From Hydrolagus affinis (taxonomy: Eukaryota), in the NCBI GenBank assembly GCA_012026655.1, contig JAAILG010000629.1:1-64000 (forward strand): a DNA stretch of 64,000 nucleotides, written 5' to 3'. The position numbers and the translations under genes were made by a program. Position 1 is the stretch's first letter. The number at the start of each line of letters is the position of its first letter. Positions 24,611 through 38,314 of the stretch are shown piece by piece. Below the pieces are notes generated by a model, which was not told the DNA's origin, made no database searches, and was given only the letters and a program-made list of their open reading frames with translations.

Positions 24611-27263
24611 CGTCAGGTAGGATGTAAAGGTTGACTCAAGAGAAGAAGCAGATTTTCAGCCCTGAGGAACAAGTTAGTGAGTTAGTGCTGAGGTACCAAC
24701 AATGACAGCAACTTCTTTAATAGTAAACTTTCCTGTGTGGGTCTATCCTTGTGGGTTCTGTTGTGTGTAACACTCTTACCTATATAATACCAAACCTTCA
24801 CTTCTCACTATTGGTTCACGAATAACTATCTAATTGGTCCCTGCACGCCTATTTATTTAACCATGTTTACCAGTAATATAATGACAATTTTAAAACATGA
24901 AATAAATTAATTCATTGATAACTGATCATTTTGAATAATCATTATTATGTGCTTATTGTCTAATAGAACAACAACAACAATTTGCATTTGTAAAGCGGCT
25001 TTCATATTGGGAGGGCATCCCAATGGTTGTTGTTATTAACTTAACAATAAAGTGGGTTATGAGGCTGATTGAACATTCATTCGCTAAAACTTTTGGTACA
25101 CCATTGTTCAGCACATTTCACAGATTGCTTGATATAACTTTTACAGACGACCAACCACATGTACCCATTGACATCTAATTTCTCCGTTAACCTTAAAAAA
25201 GCTGTATGGTTAACCCAACTTTCTGCCATATCCGCTGGCTTATAGCTCGATAAACATTCCACGTTATTTGCCACTTGTGGCCTTAAAGCCAACAGATGGT
25301 ACGCACTAAGTTGCTGTAGTTTGGAATTTCTATTAGGATGTAGGTAGGATGCATGGAATTCAGTTTGGTTTGGATTCTCTTCAGCGTGATGATGGGTTTC
25401 CACATGTGTCAGACACCTGGCCAACTAACAAAAAAATTACATGAGATATGATGCTGGCCAGAATAATGCTAGTTTATATTGGTCTATAACAACAACAACA
25501 AAAAACAACAACAAAATTACATTTATAGAGTGCCTTTCACATCGGGAGGAAGTCCCATTGTGTTCACAATACTGTATAACACAATGTCCTTGACTTTATG
25601 CAATCCGTATCCTTCTTGTGTCATTAATATTGTAAGAAAAAATGATTTCTCACTTAAAGTTTGTACCTAAGATTGCAAAAGCATATTGTATGAAACAATT
25701 TTGCTTTAAAAATACATTATAAGCTGTCCTTGTTACCCATGGACCATTAGTAAGTTTCTGTCTTGCATTACAGATCTATTATTTATCTGGCAACCGGTGA
25801 ACAGTTGTTACTAAAATGGAGTGAAAACATTTCAGTGGTATCCATAGATCAACATTTTTCCCTTGTTCAGGATATTCTCAATTTCGCATCAGAGTTCACA
25901 AATGTCAAACAGATCGCAGAAACTGCAGCAAATCTGCACAACAGCAAACAGCCACATCCCGTCGCCACCAACCAAACCACCAACAATGGAAGTTAGCCAA
26001 CAGGAGGCGAGGTTGTAACTGTTGCGTACGATTTAAAGACTGCACAAGTTAAATACTGGTTTCATTGTTCTGATAAAGCACAGAAATTAAGATTCCACTT
26101 TTCTGAATTATCCCAACATTCCCAAATTCACACACATGCTTATGGTTGGGAAGGAGTGGTATATAAAGATTTATTTACATCTTTCTCAGAACTTAAAGTT
26201 TAGTTTAACTGCTGCTGAAGGACTTCTCATGGCTAATTTATTTCAAGGACTATTGATAAGATCAATGCATAGTAAATTTAAGTGGAGTTTAAAGCAAAGT
26301 ACTGTACAGTACTTTACAATTCTAGGGACCTGACTTGGAGAACTCAAGAAAAATATGGTTACAAATGGACTTACAATACATTATCCAGCGTAAAATGATC
26401 TGAAAATAGTGTTAACATACTTAAAGTGAAAGTGAGTCTCACCCATGGTTAAAAGCCAAGGTAAATAACAAGTTGAATAATTTCACAGTTATAAGAAGTT
26501 GCTCGGACCTGACTACAGTACAATGAACGAGACAGGGTGAACTCTATAACACAGCTCTGCAATTAACTGGCCGTAGGCAGACAAAGAATTGTGTGATGAT
26601 GCACAGAATGATTATGCAATAGCTGGGATTTGTATTTAACCATCATGTGCTTTGTGTCATACAGGGAATAATGCCAGTTACAAAGTCAAGGGACAAATAA
26701 ACCTTTGGAACTAATTTTCAAAAAATAACAACATGTACGGCTGAGCCAAAAATGCACTGGGGTTCCTTTGTAATCAACATGTGTCTCTTGCTCAGTTCCG
26801 TATTAGATTTGTTCTCTCTTTCTGTAACAACCAAGTGGGTTAAACACATTGTCCAGTACCATGCAGAAATGCCTCTCATATTCCCAGTATGGGAACAACC
26901 CCAAGAGGGTTGTAAGACCGCTGACACTACATTGTCAGGGTTACATATGATCCTAGATCCGTCTAGAAGACGTGAAAAGCACTCTATCAAATGCAGGGAT
27001 TATTATTATCATATTTATGGAGAATATATAACATGATCAAACATTAAAAAGGGACTAAATAAATGTTTTGGAAAATGGTGTAATGGTTTTATTACAGATA
27101 TAAACTGTAGCACCTCAAACATTCAGGAAATTAACATTTAGTGGAACAAAACTTTCACTCTGTGTTGTTGGTTATTAGCATCAACAACTTGCATTTATAT
27201 AGCGTCCCTCAGGCAAGATAGTATCCCAGAATGCTTAAACATCTTATGCCAACAGGCTTGCAT

Positions 27264-28840
27264 AAGAACAAGAACAACAGCAACTTTGGTTTATATAGCG
27301 CCCTCCACGCCGGACGGCGTCTCGGAGCGCTTCACAATAGCGGATCCCGGGGCAGGGGTAGAAAGGTGACCAAAGGCGTGGTCGAAGAGAAAGGTCTTCA
27401 GCTGGGACCTGAAACTGAGAAAAGAGGGGGCAAGACGAAGGTAGTGAGGAAGGGAATTCCAGAGCCTCAGGGCATAGTGGCTGAAGGCCTGGCCGCCGAG
27501 GGTGGAGCGGAGGATTCGGGGGACATGGAGGAGGCCAGACCTGGTGGAGTGAAGGCAATGGGAGCTGGTTTGAGGAGAGAAGAGGTCAGAGAGGTAGGGG
27601 GGTGCAGAGGAGTGGAGGGATTTGAAAACAAGGGTGAGGATCTTGAAGTCGAACCTTTCGGGAATAGGGAACCAGTGAAGTCTGGCAAGGACTGGGGTAA
27701 TGGGGGAGCAAAGTTTGGTGTGGGTGAGTATGCGGGTGGCAGAATTTTGGATGAGTTGGATTTTATGGATTGTGGTGGAGGGGAGACTGGGGAGGAGGGC
27801 ATTTGGATAGTCCAGCCGTGAGGTGATGAAGGCATGGACCAGGGTTTCAGCGGCTTTTGGGTGAGGTATTGCTGGAGACGGGCAATCCGTCGGAGGTGGA
27901 AGAAGGTGGTGCTGGTGAGGGACCAGATGTGGGGGAGGAAGGACAGTTGGGGGTCGAACCTGACGCCAAGGTTGCGCACAGATTCGAAGAGTTTCAGAGG
28001 GAGATCGGGAAGGTGGAGAAGGTGAGAGTCATGTGAATGGAGACGTTGACGAGAGCCAAAGATTTTGGCCTCCGTCTTGTCAACATTCAGCTGCAAGAAA
28101 GTTGCATTCATCCAGCTCCTGATGTCTGACAGGCAGACTGACAGAACATCAGGGGACTGGGGGTTGCAAAGTGAAATGGAGAAATAGAGTTGGGTGTCAT
28201 CCGTGTACATGTGGAAGTGTGCCCCATGTCTGCGGATGACATCCCCAAGAGGGAGCATATAAATGAGGAAGAGGAGGGGGCCAAAGATGGATCCCTGGGG
28301 TACCCTATAGGTAACTGGGTAAGAACGGGAGGAAAAGCCGTTTGTGGAGATGTACTGCTGGCGGTTTGGGCAGTAGTGGCTAGGGTTTGAGGGATCTAGA
28401 GAGGGTTTCTTAAGGAGGGGGGTGATGGCAGCAGTTTTGAAGGGGGCAGGGACTGATCCCATGGAGAGGGACTGGTTGATGATATCAGCCAGCAGTGGGC
28501 AGAGGAGTGGGAGCTGGGTGAGCAGTAGGTGGTGGGGATGGGGTCGAGGCAGCACGTGTTTGGCTTCAAGGAGGTGAGAGTGCCTGAGAGGGAGGAAAAA
28601 GAGATTGGGGAGGAGTGTAGGAAGGGTGTCAAGGTAGGAGCTGATGACGTGGAGGGTGAGGGGGATGGGATGGGGGTGGTAGTGGATGACGAGAGGCAGG
28701 AGGATGAGGCTGCCTGACGGATATTTTGGATTTTTGAGGAAAAGAAATCCATGACCTCCTCGCAGTTTACATTTGAAGTGAAGATTGAGGAGGCCTGAGG
28801 GGGTGCACGGAGGAGGTGGTGGGTGGTGGAAAAGAGGACT
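27264..28840 (-). mobile_element. L2-clade LINE, 5'-truncated, decayed ORF2 (reverse transcriptase) plus 3' tail
   Basis: ORFs 27467..28555 and 28396..28752 carry TCCLDPIPT, FKTAAITPLLKKPSLDP, VPQGSIFGPLLF, YTDDTQLY and VRNLGV, with frameshifts; GCGCTATATAAA...(TTG)n-like 3' end. Confidence 0.92.
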
Positions 28841-31800
28841 TTACTGTAAGAGTAACATTAGCAGAAGAAATGTAGGCTGTATTTGATGTTTATAAAACTT
28901 TTCAGTTATTTTGATACTCTGAGCAGAAGCAAAACAACATTGCCACTCTGAATCTGCCCAGTACAGTACTACTAATGGAAAGCAGACCTGTTTGCAATAT
29001 ATTCCAATAATGTTGGCACTATTCCACTTGAGGGATAAGTTGGACAATTGGATATGAATTATCGTCCTAGCTTAATACTAGATCTTTCCTGTTATAATAA
29101 AAATAAATTCTAGGCCACAAATAGTTGTTTTGCATTTGCTATTCCTTTCCTGCTGACCACCTCATTTAGAGATTCCCCAGTGGTCTGTAAATGCTTTAAA
29201 AGTCACTTTATCTGTACAATGGGGTAAAGTCTCAGTCATATTTCTCTGCAATGCCCATTGAAAGGAAATCAACATCAAAACATTTCATTGCCATTTGAGT
29301 CTCAAACATTTTTCTTATGTATCAAGGATGAGAATCACATAATGGACAGTCTAGAGAACCAGAATTCCATGTCATATTTGAAATTCTTAATCTATCTGGT
29401 GTATCGATGTTAGACGCTAAATGATTGCATCCAGTATCAATAAAAAGCATTCCATTGGATACAGCACCTTTTATGTCAGGATGTCTCATAGCAGTTCAGG
29501 GGGGTTACTGTGAAATGCAGCAACTGTATTTTTTAGCAAACAGGCTGACAATTGGGTCGATTCTAAATTACTTCAGACTGGGTTAAAGCATCCCAGGAAA
29601 TAGAATATGTCAGACACAGGTTGGCATGATGTACTTATGATTACCTGCACACGTTCTTATTTGCGTGACTTGGATTCTTTAGGAAAGTACAGTACAGTAT
29701 CTGGTTAAGAGATACTGCAAATTAGACCCCAGAGTTAGGTAATGGAATTCTTTATCGTTGTAGGATGTGGTTTAGCACCAATGAGACAAAGTACTGTAAA
29801 GCCTACAGTATAGCAGCACAGTGTACAGTACTTCTTAATTTGTTTCTCATTTAATGAAACATTTTTAAGTTGCTCTAATAGATTTGTGGTATTTATTTGT
29901 TGAACTAAGATAAACCGTATTTAGTTTCATGTTTACTGAGGAATCCTGTTGGTGGGATCAAAGCAGCAAAAGAAGTGTGATGCTGGTGTGCCTTTGACTT
30001 GAAAGGCGCTATACAAGTGTAATTTTGTTGTTGTTGTTTACGTGAACTATGGTCTACTTTAATATGTGACATTCTTGCACAACATTCTTGCTTTTTCCCC
30101 CCACTTTTCCTTCTGTATTATGATGTAACCAACCAGCAGATTGTATGAATGCAATTCAATGGCCCCACTGCTCCTTATTCTCAGCAATCAAATTTGGGGC
30201 AGATTACGGCATGGCAGTCCCACTCTCTAGCATCAGTGCTTAATTGGTACTGAATTATGCTTAGTTTGATACGAGCACCAGGATTCACTATTAACCAGGT
30301 CGAGGGTGTTCAAATATATTCTCACAGACAAAACTGTAAGTCTAGGGAGATATGGATACAGAAAACAAAGTTATCGTTCGTAACCTATTAATCTGTGATG
30401 GACCTGAACACCACAGCCAGAAATGCAAGGGCTGTGTTCTAATCAGGGTAAGCACTTATCATATGGATTATTAGTTTCTGCCACCATCGCCATTTATGTA
30501 GCTCATGGTTCTTGGAAAGAGAAGCTGGTTTTCCCTTTTAGAAAATGAATGATACGAGAACAGTTCCTATTCTCTGCCCTGATATAGGTGAATCAGTGAA
30601 TATAGTCCTTATTACTTGGATGCAGTCATTTGTTTTAACCTGGGAATAAAAACGTGGAATCTGCCACAATCTCTGCCCTTCTCACCCCCACCCCCCACTG
30701 AGACACATGAAATGGTGACCTCCTGGAACCTCACAGTTGCGCTGGTGTGATTTTCTTCTCCACACCGCCTCCTCCCCACCTCTCCCACCCCACCCTGAGG
30801 GGGCTACCCAGTTTTTGTTAAAGAATGGATTAAGAATTTTTTTTTGCAACAATCTAGTATTTCTTCATTCTAACTAATTCTTAATAAGAAAGTGAAAAAA
30901 TTAGTTAGCAGCAAAATGTACCTCTCAATGATCAAATTTTTCCGTAATATTTGTCAAAATTCCCCAACAAGTTTTGTCAAACATATCCACAATTTTCTAT
31001 TGGCTCTGGTTTTAACATAAACATTGATTATTACAAGAAATTTAAGCATAGGCTTGCATTATAGTGAAGTCCCCTAATGCTAGATAGTTTGCTTGCTGGC
31101 GAATGCCAAACAGTACCGTACACATCCCTACCCTGTTATTACAATTAGAAGAAAAACTTTTTGCTTTAATCTCCATTCTCAATATGGCTCATAAAATGAA
31201 ACGAACCAGACGTTTGTTTAGTCTTTTTGCCATGTCGTTTTTTCTTACTTCCCAAATCCATAAATTACTTGGTGAAAAAAAACTCTCAAATAACCAGACA
31301 TTTTTTCCCCCCTCCCTTGTTCTCAGCACTGGTTGCATAACCATTCGAATCGGAGAGATTTTTTTGGCTGAATAAAAATGTCCAGTCAGGTCTCTGTTTA
31401 GAACCGCAAAGCAAAATGAAGGGGGTGGATGGAGGGGTGGTGGTGGGGAGGGGGTGGGTTGGCACAGGCTGTACTGTTTGTCTTATCATATCACAGTCAC
31501 GTACTCACATCACAAGGAGGCGAACATATGGATAAAGAGTAAGTTGTTTTCTCCCCAAAACACCACGGTTACTGCAGCAACCTCATTTTTCCCCTCTCCT
31601 GGCATGATAACTGGAAATTCTATCAGTTCCTTCAAACTGAAATAGATTTGGATGCAAACCACAAAAAGTATCAGGCTAATTTTACTGTCCCAAGGAGGCT
31701 CGTGTGATGGTGGCTGAACGTAAGCACAAAACTAAGCAGACACTCCACTGCAGTGCTGGGGATTTGCTGCATTGTCAGAGATACCGTTCTTTGGATGGGA

Positions 31801-32839
31801 TATTAAACCGAGGCTCTGTCTGCCTGTTTAGGTTGACATTCAAGCACAAGTCTAAAAAAGTGTTTCTCCCGGTGTCCTGGCTTGCCAAGCCAACACAAGG
31901 AGCTATCAAGAAGAGTCCAGCAACCCCCCATCCCTCCCCCCCACCATCACCACACCCACCAACTAGTCTGAGTAAGTCTGTGTTCGATCATCAGTGTGTT
32001 TCCAGGTTTTCTTGCTTGAATATTTCTGGATTGATGGCATAAATTAAGAAATATTCAATCAAGAAAATTTATTTTGTTGGCCGACCAAAAAGATTGTCCC
32101 CAACTGCCCTATATAAAATTGGCCATTCACTTGACAGCTGTTTGTGAGATATTGCTATGTGCAAATTGGTTGCCACTTTTGACAAGAAATGCACAGTCAT
32201 CAAATATCTTGTGCAATGCTTTGAGACATATTGATTATAGGTGCCACATCAAATGCAAGGATTATTATTGCCCATGTTAAACTATTCCCAAAAACCCCCC
32301 CCACAACTCAGCTCTGTCTTCAATGACCAGGGAATGTAAAGGAAGAGGGGGCAGGAGTAAAACTCCTGTAAAACTATGAATATATTGTAACCCATTATTC
32401 ACATTTGTTCAAAAACAACCACAAAATTGCATTTGTATAGTGCCTTTCACATCGGTCCACAGATCAACCCACAGAGAAAGCAAGGCCCAGAGGCTGCAGA
32501 ATAGGAATGTGCTAATCCATTCAACCCTGATAAAACTTGTTCTTAAACAAGTTCAGAAATCACAGCAACGTGCTGTCATTCCAGTGATGTGCTGATCCGA
32601 TCTGAAATTGACTAACTGATTGCACTTCAAAAACTGCTCAACTTGTCAAGACATCTGTCTCCATTCTCGACCGGACAGGTGTGAATCTCAAAAACTGTTA
32701 TCGGGAAATTCTGATGGCGAGATACTGTCAGGCCACAAAGTAAACCACAAATCTACCTGTATTGCTAAGCATACATTAATCTGTCATATTCCTCAAGGTG
32801 AGAGCAAATTAGCTCAAGGCTCAGGAAGTAAATTCTGTA

Positions 32840-33022
32840 ACGAAAACAGAAGTTGCTGGGAAAACTCAGCAGGTCAGGCAGCATCCATGGAGAAAGGAAA
32901 GTGAGTCAACGTTTCGGGTTCACGACCCTTCGTCAGTTCATGGGTGCTGCCTGACCTGCTGAGTTTTCCCAGCAAATTCTGTTTTTGTTTCATATTTCCA
33001 GCATCTGTAGTATTTTGTGTTT
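32840..33022. mobile_element. Penelope-derived short element with inverted arms and a hammerhead-like core
   Basis: 13-bp TSD AGTAAATTCTGTA (32827-32839 / 33023-33035); 47-bp inverted arms; CTGACGA...GAAACGTT on the minus strand. Confidence 0.75.
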
Positions 33023-35630
33023 AGTAAATTCTGTACTGGACTAGGGAAATTCCAACCGATTCCCTGGGCTATGCTAAGTTAGCTGATCTCAGACTTCAGA
33101 ACATTGAGGAAGCAACAAATTGTCCTCAGTGTCTTTCAGTTAGGAGAAAATTAACCAGGGCCCTGGCTCGTGATCATTTTGCAGCAAACTTTGCTATAAA
33201 AATGTACAACTTGGCCATAGAAAGATGTTGGATTTGACTGGAACTTCTATTCCTCCTTTTCCACAGCATATTAGCTATCACACACATTGTTCAGTCTCCT
33301 GTTGACCAAAGAATGGCCACTGAGACAATATACTGTTGGACTGCTGGGATCTGTACAACTGCATCTCGACGAGGCTGTGTCTTCAGGAGGGAAAGGGTCA
33401 TAAAGGGAGAAGACAGAAGAGTAAATATCATCTTATCACTTCCTAATAAATGTTTAGAAAGATTTCAAGGCTGTATCTTAAAATTAAAATGTTGCTGCAG
33501 ACTTTTCATATTATTTTCAAGGAGTTGCAGTCTTGAGTCAAGCTGATATCACAAAATTGCAAGATCAGTTAGGACGAAGAAGGCCTTTTGGCCAATTTGA
33601 TCCATCTCATATACAAATACCATTACGCGTTATACCCACAAGGTCCCCGCAGCCAACTGCAATCAGATTATCCATTATCTGCAAGCAGGCAGGATTTTCT
33701 TTGAGCCCACGGAAGCGCAGAAGTACACTCTTTCATGCTAGTATAAAATATTGCCTACAAAGTGCACAGTCACTACACATTACAGTAAATCTTGCAAAGT
33801 TCTTTGAGACGTGCCCCATCATGAAAGCAGTTTAATACCAAATAAAGGGATTATTGTAAGAACTCTTTTTTCTCTGGTTTCAGCCCTCACAGAATCAACA
33901 GGGCAAATGACCACAGCAATTTCCTTTTGTTTTAACTGGACAGTATTTTATAGCTGGGGAATATTGCATGTTGTCATTTACTATCCAATCCAGCAATTAG
34001 TCCGTCCTTTCCCACATGTGGATCAGATAGGAACATGTCAGGACGATATTTTGCAACCCTACTCAGCTCTCTGTATAAAGCTGTCTCAGGAATCTTATGC
34101 AAGGAATATTATTGCAAGAAAAAGTTTAGGATTCTCCCTCAGTAAATGAGTCATCAAAACACACATTGTACAGAGAAGCTTGCAGTGATTCAGTAGAATA
34201 CTACAGTGCTATTTACATTTTATAATCTATGGATTGATAATCGTAACATATCTTGACAGATTCAACATGTTACACACTGACATTTTGGCTAAACTATTTA
34301 CTTGTTAAAGCCAGAGATGTCAGGATGCCGGGCAGTAGTACACTTTGCACAATTGAATTGCATTAAGCTCTGTTGGGACAGATAGAGATCAGATGAGGAG
34401 AGACTTCACTGTGCAGTATATAGGAAAGCAGTAGAGAGAGAATTTTTATGCAATAGTCTGCGCTAAATTCAAAGGCATTACAGTGACTCGTAAATGTTTT
34501 TACTTGTCCAGGAAGGGTGAAGAATATGAGTGGTGCTATGTAGGCCATTTTTGTTTCACAAAAATATTAGTTGATATTAGGCTTAATTCTTATTGAAAAA
34601 AATTACTTTTTGATCTCTTTTTTACTCACAGCAATGAGATGGTGTATACCAGTGAGGGCAAGATGAGTAATTATTGCCCATAAAATAAACAGTGCAGTAA
34701 GCTGCGCATATCTTTTATTGTGGAACAAAGCAAATGCAAAGCAACCTGAATTCAGTTTCAAGACTTCCTGTTGATTTATTTGATGTTGTGAGGTTTTTAA
34801 GCCTCGGTGATCCTGTCTTATTAACTTTGACCATAAGAGTGCAGGCACTAGATAAGGATACCTTGGTTTGAAGTTTCCATATTGCAGGTTCACAGATTAA
34901 ACTTCTGATGTTAAATGTATTAAGTGTGAAGTTAAATACTAGAACAACAACAACTTCGATTTACTGTATATAGCGCCCTCCACTCCAGACGGTGTCTCAG
35001 AGCACTTCATACTTGCGTACAATTTCTTGTCATTCAATAGCAGCTCAGTGGCAGTAATAGTAATAGGCTATAACCCTATTATTCAATATTGGTTTAAACT
35101 TGCGAAGTAATTACTTTAACTTCATGAGGTAGCTTCTACTGAAACTGAACAACACTCGGAATGTTTTACAGATGTTACCAGGAACAATGCATTGACTGCA
35201 TTCAAATGGTGATGATCTATGTGTATGTGTTTGTTGCTTTCTTTCCAACTTCTGGGGCTATCTTTCCTCTGTGCACTTATGTACAGTACTTGATTTGTGA
35301 ATATGAGTTGAATGTTATTCTGAACATTTCAGTAATCTTGGTAAATTTACCCCTCTACACTTAGAAAGAACTATAATGCCATTGGTAATAATGACATTAG
35401 AGATTAACATTAAAATTGACATGAAATTGATTAAAAAGGGCATAGGGATGCATTGTGAGACTTACTGAATAGAGAGCAGGCCAGAAGTTTGTTCATGGTA
35501 CCAATTATACTAGCCTGGAGCACACAGAATAGAATAATTATCTTTGTTTTAGCAGAGGTTAAACCAAAGCTTCTAATTTGAGATAAACACAACTATTGCT
35601 CTTGAGAAAATGCATCATTGAAGAGATCCC

Positions 35631-35730
35631 AGCAGACTGGCAAAGTACAGACTGGTAGAGGGCAGACTGGTAAACTGGCAGAGTACATTCTGGCAGACTG
35701 GCAGACTGGTAGAGGGCAGCCTGGCAGACT
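35631..35730. repeat. Degenerate minisatellite built on CAGACTGG / GCAGACTGGTAGAGG
   Basis: CAGACTGG recurs several times at 8- to 15-nt spacing. Confidence 0.8.
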
Positions 35731-36999
35731 ATCCTGATCTCTGCCAAGTGGCAAGCTTGTTTACATCAGAGAATTCAGACTTTTACATCATTAATCCTTG
35801 ACTGTACATCATTTCCCTTGTTCTGAAGCTGTCAGTTAGAGCTGTTCTAAGATTCCTGGATCTGGATTCAGGATTTAATCACATTATAGTACATTGTATT
35901 CCATTGGGAAAGGACATTGAGTTGTCAGGAGCACCTCACCTCAACCAAAGATAATGGAAGAGCACGTTGTAATGTGAATGGAATGCAGTCGCAAAGTTAA
36001 TCCTAGCAAATTCCTACATCAGAGCTACATCAATTGCTATTAAATTCAGTTTGCTATTCATACAGGCAATTTAAAACAACAATATTCTATCCTATTGCAT
36101 CAGCAAACTTAAAGTACTGTATAAAAGTATTGTTTAATTGAACACCAAAAAAAGGAATCGGAACAGTGTCTGCAGAGGGTGGAAGCCACAGGCTCTGAGT
36201 TAAAGCACAATTAAACCTGAACAGATTGAATCTTCACTGGATTGCATGGGTTATATAAATAATGGAAGGCAAGGCCTTATACTCTGACAGGAAATTGAAA
36301 AAGCAATGGCACATATATTTTTTTAAATGCTCTTGACTGACTCAGAGGCCTGTGAGATGCTACAACGCAAAACATTTTGCCCACAAAAATACAGTCAATC
36401 CAGTTTACAATATAATTTGTGAAGCTCTTTGAGACTCTCAACAATGTACAGCAATAAGGTGCTATGTCAAATTCAAGGATTATTATTATTAGTAGTTTTT
36501 AAAGTGATCATTTCCCACCCAATTTAATTTTCTTTCTCATGGATCTGCTGACTTTGCACACAATCAATTCACCTGGAAGCAATGCTGGCATAATAGCATT
36601 TTATTTATGAGGGTTTCAAATACAGCTTTCAAACAACCAACAAACTGTGCCTTAGGCAATACACGAACCTGTTGGAACCTAAGTGTTATAAATCAAGTGC
36701 AAAGGCAGAGAAAGTCTATCTGTCATGAGCAGGCCCTTTAAATCTAAATCCTGAGGATTAATATCCAGTGGGGAACAAATTTCCTTTTCGAGATTCAGTT
36801 TCATTCAAAGAATTGGCATTTTACTTTGTAACACATAGCGATGAACATGGAAAAGGACCAGTATAAGTGCTTATGTAATCCCTCATTTGAAGCTTGATCC
36901 AAATTTGTTTTTGTTGTTGATCCTCAATACTCCCAGAGCACCTCCTTCCCCTTGCCAATGTTTTATGTTTCACTATCCATTTCTAAGAAAGGTACAGTA

Positions 37000-37245
37000 T
37001 ATAAAATTTTAAAAGGGACTGGTTGAAGAAAGTAAACCCAGATCAAGACTTTAGGACTTTAAGATAGTAGAACAAAAGGACATTGGTTTAGAGTTCTAAA
37101 AGGACAATTTGAGGAAGCTTTTCTTTATGGAAAGGGTAATTAACGATTGGAACAATTTGCCAGGAAAGATGATAGGACACTGGATTAATTAAAAAAAAGT
37201 AATTTGATGCTTGGAGGCTGGTATGATAGGTATTCTGGAGGGATG
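37000..37245 (+). mobile_element. Old CR1 ORF2 3' fragment
   Basis: Degenerate TRGH...FFxxRVINDWN.LP-type remnant (AGAACAAAAGGACAT...AGGGTAATTAACGATTGGAAC). Confidence 0.55.
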
Positions 37246-38162
37246 AGATCAGATAGGACAAAGGACCCTCTTTATCCAAACCAATCTTAGATATTGTGAT
37301 TTCTCTAGATGAACCGCGTTGAGGATTGAGAAGATGTTTTCCAGTGCTATGCTGTATGATAGAGGCAGAATTTGATTTATCTGAAGTTTTTGCTGGTGAT
37401 TCTGGAAGTGCACAAGAGGAAAGAATTGCACTTTGAAATGTCCTCCTGATGTGAATGGCACTACACAAATGTAATTTGTTGTTGTTGTCTCTCTGTATTT
37501 GCTCAGGCATGGATGGGGAGGTGTGGGGTGGAGTAGTAGTAAACCATTTCCTTACTGGGGAGACTTTGGGGAGTCTAAAATGGTGAGGACATGATGTGAT
37601 TTTACTTTAATATCGATAGTTCAAGTCTCGTCTCCTCGCATCTGATAGTACTGTCTAGGTAAAATCCTCAGTACAATTTTAAATCGGAGCAGCCAGAAAA
37701 TGGAACAAAAGCATCTCAGTACCAACAGACATTAAACAATGGGGTTTTGTTAATATTGCAAATCGGCAACTTAGTTTTAGTATTGTGGGGGGAGGTGGGG
37801 ATAGAGAAATAATTTCAATTGAAAGCAATTTTCCTAGAAACATAGAGCAAGGCTTCAATTAAATCACAGGAGCCCTGGGTGAATTTGCTCCAACAACATC
37901 TAGGTTGTGAGTAAATCCATAAGCAGAACCTGAATGCAGATCACCAACAACCAAACAATGACAGACATCTGCCCATGTTAAAAGCTTAGTCCGTTGTACG
38001 GTACCAACACAAATCGCATAGTAAAGTGCCAGCGCCTATGTCTGGTTTCACAGCAGCAGAATCTATGTTGATAAGGCAAAAAGGACACAATTTGAAATGC
38101 ACCAGATCAGAACAAGAAGCAAGGAAACTGTTGAAGTAAGCTCTGCTATGTATTTCACGTAC

Positions 38163-38314
38163 CTTTGAAGAGCGAAGGAACAGGAATCTAATAGCTCTTG
38201 TTTCTTCAGCAAACTATCAAAATTGTTTCCAAAGCCCGCAGAACACAATTCCCCTAATGCTCTGAAAGACACATGCTAAATGTGGAGACCAGCTCCTGTC
38301 AGCACAGGCTGGCT
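38163..38314 (-). other. DDR2: Candidate non-coding 5'UTR exon of DDR2
   Basis: Strong acceptor ((CT)n-GTTTGTATTTTCAG|) and donor AAAG|GTACGT in repeat-free sequence. Coding exon 1 begins with an acceptor, so upstream exons must exist. Confidence 0.5.

Noticed and set aside
25077-25424. 115-aa minus-strand ORF upstream of DDR2 coding exon 1
   Set aside because: Non-ATG start, no recognisable domain and no convincing splice sites; possibly an old transposon remnant, but unsupported.
27231-27821. 196-aa plus-strand ORF
   Set aside because: Antisense shadow frame of the L2 element.
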